Positions 1 to 15,533 of a DNA stretch of 64,000 nucleotides are shown here, piece after piece. Below the pieces are notes generated by a model. The model was given only the letters and a program-made list of their open reading frames with translations, ran no database searches and was not told where the DNA came from. The position numbers and the translations under genes are program-made. Location of the stretch: NCBI RefSeq assembly GCF_009914755.1, contig NC_060930.1. One strand, 5' to 3'. How positions within the stretch are numbered: the stretch's first letter is position 1; each line of letters starts with the position of its first letter. The DNA is from the human T2T-CHM13v2.0 reference genome, Homo sapiens.

Positions 1-18
1 TTGTGAATTTGAGTTATA

Positions 19-600
19 ATGGCCTCGGTCGGGACTGAGAGAGCCGAGCTTCCACGAAAGAGCTTTGCCTGCTTTGTCCTACAAATCGGCGGAGGGAGTA
101 GCATCCTGGCTTTTCTAGGGCGCCATTTCCCTGCTACAGGCAATCTCCCCTCCCCCACGCTGTCAATGATTTGTGGGATTCTTAGGCAGGCGGGGCAGGC
201 CGAGCCCAGGGAATGCACGCTGAGTCCTAGACACAGAGCCAGGCCGGGTGGAAAACAAAAAGAGAAGAAGTGATTATGAAATAATAAGACGGACCGTGTG
301 CCCCTTGCAAGGTGCGGCCTGCGAAATCAACAGACTTATAAATAAGGTCTGGTGGAAGCGCAGGAGCGCACGCGGGAGGCTATGGCGGGGGAACCTCTGT
401 GAGTTCCGCGGCGGAGGCTAGAACATCGCTGTGGCTGCGGGACCCTCACCCGGCGCTGAAAACCCTCCACATCAGCTCCTGCTCGGAAATGTCTCCGCAG
501 CTCACCAGTGCTTTTCGAAATCTGCCCAAGACCTTTGTTTGCCATTTAAATGAAATGAAAACGTGCGTATCCAGGTGGACACATCCATGCAGCAACACCC
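19..600. promoter_or_regulatory. CpG-rich promoter-like region with TATA box and candidate short first exon
   Basis: High CpG density; TATAAATA at 337-344; NRF1-like GCGCACGCG at 366-374; donor-like CTCT|GTGAGT at 398/399. Confidence 0.5.
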
Positions 601-714
601 CTGCCTCTGGGCTCTAGATGCTTGGTGGGCGGGCAGTCACTGTGGCCACACTGCAGAGACAGCAGTGCAGTTTCCAAACGGAGTTCTTTGGGCTTCACAT
701 GCCCAGCCTGCTTC

Positions 715-1690
715 TTTTTTAAAATTTCTATTTTAATTTTAGATTCAGGGAGTCCATGTGCGGGTTTATTACGAGGGTATATTGCATGATGCTGAGCGTC
801 CGGGCTTCTATCGACCTGGTTACCCAGATAGTGAACGTAGTACCCAATAGGGAGTTTTTCAGCCCTTGCTCTGCTCCTTCCTTCTCTCCTTTTGGAGTCC
901 TCAGCGTCTATTGTTCCCATCTTTTTGTCCGTGTGCACCCAATATTTAGCTCCCACTTATAAGTGAGAACATGCAGTATTTAGTTTTCTGTTTCTGTATT
1001 ATTTCGCTTAGGATAATGACCTTCAGCTGCATCCATGTTGCTGCCAAGGACGTGATTTTGTTTTCTTTTTTTTAAGGGCTGTGTAGTATTCTGTGGTGTG
1101 TGTGTACCACATTTTCTTAATCCATTCCACCATTGATGGGCACCTAGGTTGATTCCATGTCTTTGCTATTGTGAATAGTGCTATGAGGAACACAGGAGCT
1201 CATGTGTCTTTTTGGTAGAATGATTTTTTTGGGGCGGGGGGTATATACCCAGTAATGGGACTGCTGGGTTGAATGGTAGTTCTATTTTTAGTTCTTTGAG
1301 AAATCTCCAAACTGCTTTCCACAGTGGCCGAACTAATTTACATTCGCACCAACAGCAAATAAGCATTCCTTTTTCTCTGCAGCCTTGCCAATATCTGTTT
1401 TTTTTTGTTTTGTTTTGTTTTTACTTTTTAATAATAATGACTGCTGTGAAGTGGTATCTCATTGTGATTTTGATTTACATTTTCCTAATGATCAGTATGT
1501 TGAGCATTTTTTTCATGTTTGTTGGCCACTTGTATGTCTTCTTTTGAAAAATGTCTGTTCATATCCTTTGCTCTCTTTTTAATGGGGTTATTGATTCTTT
1601 TCTTGCTGATTTAAGTTCCTTATAAATTCTGGATATTAGTCCTTTGTCTGCGGCATATTGCAAATATTTTCTCCCATTCTGTAGGTTGTT
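715..1690 (-). mobile_element. LINE-1 3' fragment (L1PB-like)
   Basis: Antisense L1 3' end motifs (ctcccacttataagtgagaacatg, ctgggttgaatggtagttct); minus-strand ORF fragments resemble the L1 ORF2 C-terminus (PLWKAVWRFLKELKIELPFNPAVPLLGIYP). Confidence 0.9.
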
Positions 1691-3203
1691 CATACATCTC
1701 CATCAACTCTGTATTGCTTATAGTATGTGGTCCAAACACTTATCATACAATTCAGGTCCTTCAGTCTGGACATTACCTACCTTTCCAGTGTTATTTGCCA
1801 CCCGTCTGGTATATGCAGTCCATTCCAGGGGACATTAACCTGCACACTGATCTCCAAAAAGGACATGCTCTCTGAAGTTTCTGAGTCTCTGCTCACACTA
1901 ATCCATTACCTGGAATGACCCTCTCTGCTTCCTCGCCTGGGGCATCTCACTCATTCTTCATGATGCAGCTCATCTATCTGTGATACGTCCCACTAGTTGC
2001 CAGGAGCAATGGACTGCCTATGCTCTATGCCCCCAGTTTGCATCATAGGACTGGTACAGGTTTTGCATTTATTACATCAGAGCAGTGGTGTAATGAGTTT
2101 TCATTGTATATCTCTATTAACAAAAGAAAAAGGAGGGTATACATTCCCAATATATGTATATTTATTTATTCTTAAATTATATATATTTATTCTTATAAGC
2201 TAATATTCCAAGGCACAATATACTTAGTATGAGGTACATTGTTAATGATATCAGATATTAATATTTCCAACTTTTCTATTACTTCCAGTTTTATTTTGGC
2301 CAACATCTAGGCAGACTTGGGGTTCCTCATGACTTTCTTACCCTGAAATGGGCTTGACAGAGAGCTTATATAAAGGAGCAGAGTGTCAACCTGGCCATTT
2401 CCTTATTTTTTGTGCGTGTTCATATCACTAATGTCATCTTCATTTTGCAGCTTCTTTGCTGTCGGCTTTAAAGCCGCTTGCCAGTTGTGCAAGTCAGGGG
2501 AGCAAACAGGAGATAATATGCTCAGCAAACCCAGCTACAGTTCCTCCTTTATGGATCTCCCTTTCCAGGGAACAATTCATGACACATGGCCACAAAACAT
2601 AAGCATCCTGTGAGGGCACCTGTGTCATTTTGAACTCTAACTACCTAAAGCATAATTTCTTTATTTTTATATGAAACAAACAGAGGTTCTGATTTTCTTC
2701 CCATGCTCCAACAGATGCTCTTGCCTGCCCCATTCTGAGAACTCCTGATTGGATTCGAGTTAGTTCATTGGCCTTTATACCTTCCACATTGCCTGAAACT
2801 AAGCACGGGCAAATAATAACAGAACTTGGGTTAAAAAAATCACAAATATAAGGCAATTAGGAAAAGCCCCCAGGTACCTCTAACCTGAAGCAGGAGCAGA
2901 TTGTTCTGCAGATTAAGTACAAAGAAACCTTCCTCCTCTTTCTCCATAATTACCTCTTGGCCAGGTCCAGCCCACATCCCATCCTTCCCAGACTTTGCGG
3001 CTCCTGGCTGTGGTGAGCGTGGAAGGGCCTGGATGATATGCCCTCCTCTGCAATCATCTTTCACTTCCCTATAGCCATTTTCCTACGCCTGCGTTTTCAC
3101 CCTTGTTTGTCTATGTTGGTAATGCATAACTAAGATTTCTGGTTAAGACAGAGTGGAAGGAGAGAAGGAAATACTTCCTCAGGAATCAGAGTTGAATTAC
3201 TAG

Positions 3204-3577
<374 letters not shown>

Positions 3578-3635
3578 CCCTGCACTTTCTTGTTTGCTTA
3601 TTTGTTTTTTAATTTTTTTTTTCTTTTTCTTTGTT

Positions 3636-4052
3636 TCTTTTTTTTGAGACAGAGTCTCACTCTGTTGCCAGGCTGGAATGCAGTGGCGTGATCGCAGTGC
3701 AACTTCCGCCTCCCAGGTTCAAGCAATTCTCCTGACTCAGCCTCCTGAGTAGCTGGGATTACAGGTGTGCCCCACCACGCCTGGCGAATTTTTGTATTTT
3801 TCGTAGAGACAGGGTTTCACCATGTTTGTCAGGCTAGTCTCGATCTCCTGACCTCATGATCCACCCGCCTTGGCCTCCCAAAGTGCTGAGATTACAGGGG
3901 TGAGCCACTGTACCCGGCCTATATTTTATTTTCTTAGAGACTAGGTCTCCCTATATTGTTCAGGCTGGTCTCAAACTCCTGGGCTCAAGCTATTCTCCTG
4001 CCTGGCCTCCCAACATGCTGAAATTACATGCGTGAGCCACCCCAACTGGCCC
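3636..4052 (-). mobile_element. AluS (3636-3920) followed by an Alu monomer or AluJ fragment (~3925-4052)
   Basis: Antisense Alu consensus motifs. Confidence 0.9.
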
Positions 4053-4229
4053 ACTAGTCTGCACTCTCTTTCTTGGCATGCAAATCAGGGGTGTTAAACA
4101 GACTACTGTCTTGGTGATGAGGTCTGGAGAAGACAGAACCAAGTAAACTTTCTGCTTCTTTCAGAAGTCACTCAATGGAGGAAATGCAAACCCCAACTTT
4201 TAGGAAATTGAGGAAAGATAAAAAGTATC

Positions 4230-4490
4230 AACTTCCTGGAGCTCTTTGATAAAGGAAGGATCTTCTGGGCAAGTTAGAAAAAAGATCAAGTCACTCTTAT
4301 AAGGTGGGGTGGGGAAATCAGGGTTGTTTCAGACTTTTCTAAAACAATAGTCAATGCTAGAAGATAATAAAACAATTTCTATAACATTTTCAAGGAAAAT
4401 GTGCCCAAGGATTTTTTAAAGGTAACATATATTTTTGAACATAGAAGAACTAAAAAAATATTGTTCTTGTGAATCCTGTTTAGGGGAAAA
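4230..4490 (+). mobile_element. Ancient L1/HAL1 ORF1-like fragment
   Basis: Degenerate match to the ORF1 C-terminal region (gaaatcagggttgtttcagacttttct...aatgctagaagat). Confidence 0.45.
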
Positions 4491-5083
4491 AAAGGACCCC
4501 AGAGAATGTAGAAGTAGGTCTCAGAATGAAAGTACCATACAGAGGTTTGCAGGTACTGGCAGAGGCTGTGTGACAGCCTGTGAACTAAGGAATGAGGTGC
4601 CTCTGAAATGGCCTAGAGACAAATGCAGAAGTCCCTCAGCTGTGGAAAGCTCTGCGCCTTCAGGAAGGATGTTGACAGGCTCTTTCGAGGTGCTGCTAGG
4701 GGTCTGCCAGGTTCCCTGGCGGTTGGAATTATTACCTTGCAGGGAACTGGCTGTTTGTCAGTTTATTCTGGAAGCTATTCCTGCTACAAAGAGTAGAAGA
4801 CATCAAGGGATGGAACAATAGACCGCATAAAACTACACTACCACATGAAAACACTGACTCTTAAACAATTGTGAGATTTTAGGCAGAAGATCAAAGCAGC
4901 AAAGCATCTTCTCAGGAACTCAGGGTACAGAACACAACTGTGTTTGAGGTGAGCAGGATGAGACAGTCAGGGGGCCTAAAGAAGGGAATCGGATTCCTGG
5001 AGAAAAGCTGCTTCTTATTTTTGCTGCTAAGGACAAATGTCACATAAAGAAACAGGACAAACTACTAGAAAGCCAAAACTCTG

Positions 5084-5446
<363 letters not shown>

Positions 5447-5706
5447 TCACAATAAAGGCTAAGTTAAAAAAAAAAAGGCTAAGTTCCAACAAGCATAAGA
5501 AAAAAATAACCAAATTTCAGAGGTGCATGGAACAAATACTGGGGAAAGATGATTGGAATAAGAAATACACTGAGCTCAGGGAACTAACAAACTCGAATGT
5601 GAAATCTTTGAAAGATATATAAGAAACTACTGCTTACAAAGAGAGGGAAATTAAAGTTTTAAAACATTGCATTTTATAGTTGAAGCAGATCACTGGAGTG
5701 AGAAGG

Positions 5707-6006
<300 letters not shown>

Positions 6007-6903
6007 TCTTTTTCTTTTTTTAAAGAAATCAGAGAAGGAGGAGGATGAAGTGCTGATGGACAAATGTTTGCCAAATCCTTTGTTTCCAACATACCCTGAC
6101 TGATGAGGGGTCATGTAGGCATGACATTCGACCAAAATTCTGCCAGAAAGCAAAAGAAAAAATCTTGCAGCAGAAAGTGGAGAGATTCTTAACGACCTCT
6201 ACCGAGAGAAATGCATGGTTCTGAAAAAGAAGCTGATTCAGGACTGGTATAAATAGGAAAAGAAATGACAGAAGCTACCAGCTGCAGAGGAAATGAAAAC
6301 TTACAAGCAGAGAAGTGAAGAAATGTTGAATGAATTATGGCCAACAGTGAGATCTCACCACCCCAGACCATCCTCGTGGTGAGAAGGCTCGTGACAGCTG
6401 GCCCGAGGTCATTGCTGGAGTGGAAGGTGAGCTATGCCAGCCTTGGATAGAAACTAATACAGCTGAATCCATGATTTCAGAGAGAAACCTTCACCAGGCT
6501 CCCCTGCTCTGTACGCTGATATTGGAGGAAAACAAGCTCTGCCCACTACCCACGTGGCCACTGGTCACTCCTACAGAATACACTTGGATGCATCCTCGCC
6601 ATGGGGGGCTTCCGGGCCTCCTTGCGGTCTGCCTGTCATTCTCACTGGGCTCCGCCTCCTCCAGACTTAGAGAACATTGCAATGGTGAGACACGCTTTCC
6701 CATGCAGTCAGGGCCATCTCTTGGGGTTCTGGAGGGAGCTCGCCCTTGAGAATCAGAGGTCCCCAAGGCTCTGCTTCTGACCTGAAGTCACCACTTCGCC
6801 CTCATCCTGTCCCAGCGCAGAAGGACTCTTTGTCTCCACCTCATGCAAGATAGGAGAATGTCGTCAGGTTCCAGAGCTGCCCCTTCTCCAGCGGCGGCTT
6901 ACA

Positions 6904-6993
6904 GGAGGACTCACAGCCTCCACCATCCTTCGGTGTGACAGTGGGCGGAGGACTCACAGCCTCCACCATTCCTTCGGTGTGACAGTGGGCGGA
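6904..6993. repeat. Two-copy 43/44-bp tandem duplication
   Basis: ggaggactcacagcctccaccat(t)ccttcggtgtgacagtgggc twice. Confidence 0.95.
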
Positions 6994-7064
6994 ACGTCCT
7001 CCCTGCTTCGAATCCATTTCCATTTCCCATTTTTTATTTGCTTAGGCTGTCCTGAAATTGTGCT

Positions 7065-7356
<292 letters not shown>

Positions 7357-9412
7357 AAATTGTGCATTTTGAGTCACACATGAAGAAGACTCTGAAGATG
7401 AAGCCATCTGAAGTATTACTTGCCTGTTTTATTTAGCATCAATTCCAGTAATTAACAAATTAAACATTATGAAACTGCTGTGAAAACACCTTTAATAAAC
7501 ATTTTTGAAGTTCAAAACTATTGTCAAAGTACTTCAGAATGGAAGAGAAAACCCTTACAACCTTATTGCAATTTGGAATGTAGTAAGGAGGTCCCCACCT
7601 CCACACCATAATAATTCCTTCGCTCAGGAATCAAATGATCTGGAATGCCACTCCCTGGGACTTGTTCCTTTGTGCTACGAGTTGCCTTTATCCTAGAAAC
7701 CTATTTAAATCATGCAGTTCCTGAGTGGGCACCACACTGCCTCTAGTACCTTTAAAGGTACAGGAACTTTTCAGACTCAGCTGCCTTCAGGATCAGAAGA
7801 GCACAGGGCTAGTGCGTTCTGCTGAGTGGGAGGTGAGGGGGAGAAGCTACTCCTTGCCTCGTAATGCCTGCTCCTGAAGCCCCCGTGATTCTGGGTGTAG
7901 GACCGAGCAGACTACACCGGGGCTTTTCCCAGACAGACATTGGGAAAAGGCCTGGCTGACCTTCCCAGGACAATGCAGGTGACTGCAGTCCTCCTCCTGG
8001 TGAATGGGACAGTCACTGGGGAGTCCTACAGGCCTTTGGAAGTATTGCCGTACAGCCGGGCACACCCAGCTTTCATCCTTGCAAATGGCATTAGAAGCCA
8101 TGGGATGTATCTGACAAATACTTCCCGTGCATCAGGCAGTGTTCTAGGCATCGGGAAGACAGCAGCAGACGAATCAGACAAAAGTCTCAGTCCTCCAGGA
8201 GCAAACACGGCAGGTGAAGCTGTAAAGTTAGAAGAGCGCGATTCCTCAGGTCGGCAGTTTCCCATGTTTTTGTTGTTTCCTGCTCGTTGCCCTTTATTGG
8301 ATTTTTTATGCCAATTTCACTCTTTTCCATACCTTCCTCTTTTCTCTGTTAAATAGAGTGTGGTGAGACTGAGTAATTAAAGGCTGCAGATGACTTTGAT
8401 GACAGTGTAATGAAAAGTCTGTGACAGCTTATTAGACCAAGTGCCATCAAGGTTATTTGAGTCACACTGACACTTTCAATAATGACACTGTTCCATCCCT
8501 GACCTGACTTCCCTTCGTCGCCCCTTTTTGTTCTCTCTTTCTCTCTCTGAATGATTGTAGATTACCTGGCACAGGAAAGTAAGTAACTGATACTGGGGGG
8601 AAAAAACCAAACAAACAAATAAACAAACTCTCAGCCTAAAAACCCATGTCTTTAGTCATTGTAGGATCCTCACCAAGGTGATCTCTAAATCAAAAGCCAA
8701 ATTGTGTTGGAAAACACAAACTAAACAGTGCTAGCCACCTGTAACAACCACCCAAAATTTCTCCTTTATACCATAGCTATAGCCAGGAAAAACTGAAGCT
8801 TCAATACAAAATGAATTTTACCCCCCGGGCTCTCCTCCACGTGTCATCCCACTGCAGAAATACTGCGCAGAAGGACGAAGGTGAACTTATTTTCCCAAAC
8901 TTACAGGTCCATTGTCAAGTTAGCCAGGGGGAGGTTTGGATGGCAGGCCCTCTTGGCAGGTCACTGTTTTTACAACAGCAATTTGATTTTAGAAGGCAGC
9001 AGGAGGCAGCTTAATTCACTCAGAAGAGGAGTTGCCCACCCAAATTTGCTTCCTCTGCCTTTTGCAGACTTGAGCTAAGAGGCCTTGGACACAATGCCCA
9101 GCCTGTCCCTGCCTCGCATCTGTAAACGAGAATAATAACATGCTTCCTCCTTTCCCCCAACACTGGGGAGCTGTGAGAAGAGATGGGATAGGCCGCTGCC
9201 ACGTGTGGCCTTGCTCATCACATCGCACCTCCTCGTGTCAGATGGTAAGCCCTGGATGCCCTCATCTTATTCTCATTGTCTTCACAGGTCCAAGCTCCGT
9301 AACTGTCACATTCCAGATTTCAGATATCTGATGTCCTCCACACCACCACCACCCTGCCTTTGTCTTAAATCATTTTCTTTCTTTGATATATAAGTGTCAT
9401 TTTGGGGGAAAT

Positions 9413-9714
9413 ATTTTCTTTTTTTTTTTTTTTGAGACAGAGTCTGGCTCTTTCACCCAGGCTGGAGTGCAGTGGCTGATCTCAGCTCACTGCAAGCTCT
9501 GCCTCCCGGGTTCGTGCCATTCTCCTGCCTCAGCCTCTGGAGTAGCTGGGACTGCAGGCACCTGCCACCGCGCCCGGCTAATTTTTTTGTATTTTTAGTA
9601 GAGACGGGGTTTCACCGTGTTATCCAGGATGGTCTCGGTCTCCTGACCTCGTGATCCACCCACCTCGGCCTCCGAAAGTGCTGGGATTACAGGCGTGAGC
9701 CACCACACACGGCC
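9413..9714 (-). mobile_element. AluY-like element
   Basis: Antisense Alu with gcaagctc and ccaggatggtctcg diagnostics. Confidence 0.9.
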
Positions 9715-9971
9715 AAAATATTTTCATTTTAAGTTACTTCATGCCTCAGTTTCCCAACCCCAATATTATCTTCCAGTGTTCGGGTTCTCAAATATTTAAA
9801 ATAAGTGGTCACAGACTTTGTAAATCTTCTGTCTCTAGGACATGGGTGTTGCTCCTTCACCTTGCTGCTTGTTCTCTGGGTGCTCACTTACTTGACTTTC
9901 TTTCTTTGCTTTGCCTCTCCTTCCTTCTCTTCCCTCCTCCATTTCTTGAATCTATCTAGTTTCTCCAAAAA

Positions 9972-10402
9972 TTATTTTTTATTTTTATTTTACTGTAAGT
10001 TCTGGGATACATGTGCTGGACATGCAGGTTTATTACATAAGTATACGTGTGCCATGGTGGTTTGCTGCACCTGTCAACCCGTCGTCTTAGGTTTTAACCC
10101 CCCCGCATTAGGTATTTGTCTTAATGCTCTCCCTCCCCTTGCCCCCCACCCCAACAGGCCCCGTGTGATGTTCCCCTCCCTGTGTCCATGTGTTCTCATC
10201 GTTCAGCTCCCACTTATGAGTGAGAACATGTGGTGTTTGGTTTTCGGTTCCTGTGTTAGTTTGCTGAGAATGATGGTTTCCAGGTTCATCCATGTCCCTG
10301 CAAAGGACATGAACTCATTCTTTTTTATGGCTGCATAGTATTCCATGCTGTATAAGTTCCACATTTTCTTTATCTAGTCTATCACTGATGGGCATTTGGG
10401 TT
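9972..10402 (-). mobile_element. L1PA 3' end fragment
   Basis: Antisense L1PA 3'UTR (gtgtgatgttcccctccctgtgtccatgtgttctc, gagaacatgtggtgtttgg). Confidence 0.92.
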
Positions 10403-10577
10403 GATCAATAATTATTCTTAAGTGTGATTAGCCTAACCACTGAAAGTACTCCAAAAAAGACCAAGGGTAGTTGCGGGCCCATTTCTGTGCCTTTGGCAGG
10501 TGATTGAGTATATGGGTGTGTGTGTGTGCATATGTGTAACCAGCAAGCTGCACATAGCTGTCTTCACTTCTGCCTGA

Positions 10578-10930
<353 letters not shown>

Positions 10931-12064
10931 ACCCTTTCTCCTTCTTATGTGTATGAGATGTTTGCATTGTCCCTCCTTTTGAAAAATTGTCACCTTAAAC
11001 TATATTGCCATAATAAGTGAATGTAAAATTCAATACTATCACCCCTCTATGTTTCTACATATAATTCAACTCAATTCTTTGTTAATAACTGATGATGATT
11101 TCTACTTTTTCCAGTGATTTCCACCTACCATGCCTTTCTGCTGTTCCTCATCTGTGTATACTTCTTTCCATGAACCCATCCAGCACTTCCCTATGATACT
11201 CTCAGCAGGCCAGTCTGATCACGTCCTGAGTCCTTTCCCATCCACAAAAGGTGTTTTTGTGCTGTAAGACAGAGGGAGCGCTGAGGCCTGGAGGCTTGCC
11301 GGGGCTTTGACTCTGGGATGAAAGGATGTTGTCCTTTCCACATCACTCACTAATTCTTTTCTCACTCTGCTTTGCCCTCCTGGGACTCAGGTGCCATTTA
11401 TTCTTGAATTGTCCCTTGTTTGGTGTCAGAGAGTTTCCACTCTCTGGAGTACTGCCCATGGTGCGATTCCAGAAGGGAAGAGGCTTGCATTTCTTCTGTG
11501 CAATAGGGGAAGCTTGAGCTTGAAAGGGCAGTTGATAAAGAAAGACAAGCTCTCAGAACCAGAACACTCGCCAGTAGAGCATGTCTGTATAGGAAAGACT
11601 ATAGGTGTCAATTTTAGATCTGGAAACCAATCCTTGACAGCTATTCATGACTCTGCACCCCTCCAACGTCTTCATGTCCCCAGTCTACTAGCTTCACTTT
11701 GAAGCCCACTGTTATAGCCCAGTCGCCCAATGAGGGAGAGGAAATCTCTGTGAGTCCCAAATGCTAAGTCCTGGAAAAGGGATTCTGTTGGCTCCAGTCT
11801 CTGGGTTGGAAACTTAGAATCTTCAGTCTCCTGGATGAGCACTTTGAGGAGCCCACTGTGGCAAACGTGGGGTGGCAGAAGGGGTCTCTTCTAGAAAAGT
11901 GTTCGTGGCAGGGCACAGACAAAGTTGGAGTGTGGTAGGTTGGGAGGCTGGGGGTCGGGAGCCCTCCAACTACTATAGGGAATTTTCATTTCCAGCTGTG
12001 AGAAGACAGTTTACCCTAGCATAAAGCCAGATTGTAGATCATTTAACTTTAACGGCGATTAGAG

Positions 12065-12360
12065 TTTGTTTGTTTGCTTTTTGAGATAGGGTCTCCCACT
12101 GTTGCCCACAGTGACGCCATCTCAGCTCACTGCAGCCTCAACCTGCTGGCCTCAAGTGATCCTCCCACCTCAGCCTTCTGAACAGCTGGGACTACAGGTG
12201 CATGCCATGATGCCTGGCCAATTGTTTTTTATTATTATTTTTCGTAGAGACAGGGTCTCACTATGTTGCCCAGGCTGGTCTTGAACTCCTGAGCTCAGGT
12301 GGTCCTCCTGCCTCAGCCTCCCAAAGGGCTAGGATTACAGGCATGAGCCACCACACCCCA
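12065..12360 (-). mobile_element. AluJ
   Basis: Diverged antisense Alu (cagcctcaacc, gatcctcccacctcagcc). Confidence 0.9.
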
Positions 12361-13074
12361 ACCTACCTATTAGAATGGAAAGATTCTGCCAGGATTTTAT
12401 GAGTCTGTTTTCTCTGCTCTCAGCTCTGTCTCAGCCATGAAGTCTGGAAAGATAAAGGAGGAATCAGTGAAGGTGCCATCTCTCCTCTCAGGTTCCCTTC
12501 CACTCTGCTCCAAGAATTTCCATGATGAAGAGAGCTGGCTGGAGGGCAGGATTCAGGTGGTGACTTACTCATTCTTCAGCCTCAGATAGGCTTTGCTCCA
12601 AGCGCAGGGCAGCACCTGGGAGGCTGTGGGAGCTCTTTCAGTCAGCAAGTAGGCAAGTACATTGTATTATATGCAGAGGTGTTTTGTTTATGGGTGTTGT
12701 GCTATTGTTGTTGTTGGACTAAATACAAGGTCCTATAAAAGGCCCAGAGGGAAGGGGTAAGCTGGGCAGGGTATAACAGAAGCAGTGGGTGACATCATCA
12801 GGCATGCTGCCACATTCTCTCTAACCTGGAGAGAACCTTAAATACACACTTCCGAGACGAACCCAGATTGCACAAACAAAACAGAAGAGCCAAGTGGGAA
12901 GAGCATAGCATTTGGAATCAAATGGCACACTAAAAAAAAAGGCGGAAACAAGGAATATTAATACCTCCCGATATGGTTACTGTCAACACCTAAAGCTCAT
13001 AAATGCAGTTCCTGACACAGGGTAGGTGCCCAGTGATTGGAACAGTTATCATCAGTGTTATATTACACAATGGG

Positions 13075-13662
13075 TGTCAGTCTCAGTCCATTTAGGTTGC
13101 TATAACAAAGTATCTTAGACTGGGGAATTTATAAACAACAGAAATTTATTGCTGATAGTTCTGGAGGCTGAGAAGGCGCCCGCAGATTCCATGTCTGGTG
13201 AGGGCTCTTTGCTTCGTGGCACCTTGTTGTTGTGCCCTTATGTGGCTGAAGGAGAAAGCAGCTCTCTGGCGCCTTTTAATTTTTTTTTTTTTTTTTGGAG
13301 ATGGAGTCTTGCTCTGTCACCTAGGCTGGAGTGCAATGACGCAATCTCGGCTCACTGAAACCTCGGCTCACTGCAACCTCCACCTCCTGGGTTCCAGAGA
13401 TTCTCCTGCCTCAGCCTCCCAAGCAGCTGGGACTATAGGTGTGTGCTACCATGCCCAGCTAATTTTTGTATTTTTGGTAGAGACGGGGATTCACCATGTT
13501 GTCCAGGCTCGTCTCGAACTCCTGACCTCAGGTGATCTACCTGTCTCAGCCTCCCAAAGTGCTGGGATTATAGGCGTGAGCTATTGCACCCAGCCTGGGG
13601 CCTTTTTAATAACAGCACTAACTTCCCAAAGGCCCTATCTCTTTATCCCATCACCTTGGGGG
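13075..13662. mobile_element. MaLR LTR (MST/MLT1A-like) interrupted by antisense AluS (13280-13597)
   Basis: MaLR motifs ttgctataacaaagtatcttagactggg and agaaatttattgctgatagttctggaggctg, resuming after the Alu. Confidence 0.8.
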
Positions 13663-14244
13663 TTGGAGGGAAAAGTCTAGGAGTCAGGACTGAGAAGACG
13701 GATCTGCACTTCAATGCCATCGCCATGGAAGAAAGCACTAGGAGCTACGTGGAATGAGTGGGAAAAGCGCAGACTTTATGCCAGGAATCCTGGTTTCACT
13801 CTCAACCCACTGCATGGACCCGGGGGCAAGTTACACAACTGGTCTGATGTTTGGCCTCCTCAGCCTGACTTTGAAATAATATCTTCCTCATGGGGTTACT
13901 GTGAGGGATAGAAATGGTTTAAAGAAGGACCTAGGATAGTACTAGGCATAGAGGAGGCAATGGCTAAGTCATGGTTCCTACCATGCTGAGAAGCTGGGGA
14001 TGGTGGGTTCTTAGCAACAGCTTCAAGAGAGGAGTGTTCAGAAATTGGGCTACTTACCCAACAGGGCTCTTGGAAATGAAATTGATTCATAAGACTGAAA
14101 AATTATAAAATAAGATATTTGTAGAGTCGGTAACAATCTGTGAATTATTTTGGGTTATTGGAGGAGGACCTGTTATGGTTTGGGCAGCAAAGTATACAGA
14201 ATCTCATTAGGGTGATGGGACTTCTTGGTTAAAAATATACCTAA

Positions 14245-14985
<741 letters not shown>

Positions 14986-15234
14986 GTGCCCCAGGCGTTC
15001 AGCTGAGGGTTTTTCCATAGGATCTGGTCAACTGGGAGCATTTTGCTGAATTTAGTTCTGCTTTTTCCTGTACCCCCGATGCCTTCCTTACCTTGGCATC
15101 GCTGTCCTGATTCCTGTACCAGCTTCCTAACCTGCTCCATCCTGTGCTCTCCCGCCTTTGTGCTCAGTCTTGCCCCCATCTTCTAATCACCTTGCAGTTC
15201 CCAGAGCTGCTTGTGTCTCTTACCTGTTCATCTG

Positions 15235-15533
15235 GGCCCGGCGTGGTGGCTCACGCCTGTAATCCCAGCACTTTGGGAGGCCAAGGCTGGTGGCTGGCTT
15301 GAGCTCAGGAGTTGGGGATCAGCCTGGGAACACAGTGAGACTTTGTCTCTACAAAAAATAAACAAAATTAGCCAGGTGTGGTGGCATGTACTTGTAGTCG
15401 CAGCCACTTGGGAGGCTGAGGTGGGAGGATTACTTGAGCCCAGGAGGTCAAGGCTGTAGTGAGCTATGATCACACCACTGCACTCTAGCCTGGACAACAG
15501 AGTGAGACCCTGTCTCAATTTGGAAAAAAAAAA
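15235..15533 (+). mobile_element. AluJ
   Basis: Sense Alu with J diagnostics (gagcccaggaggtcaaggctgtagtgagctatgat). Confidence 0.93.
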
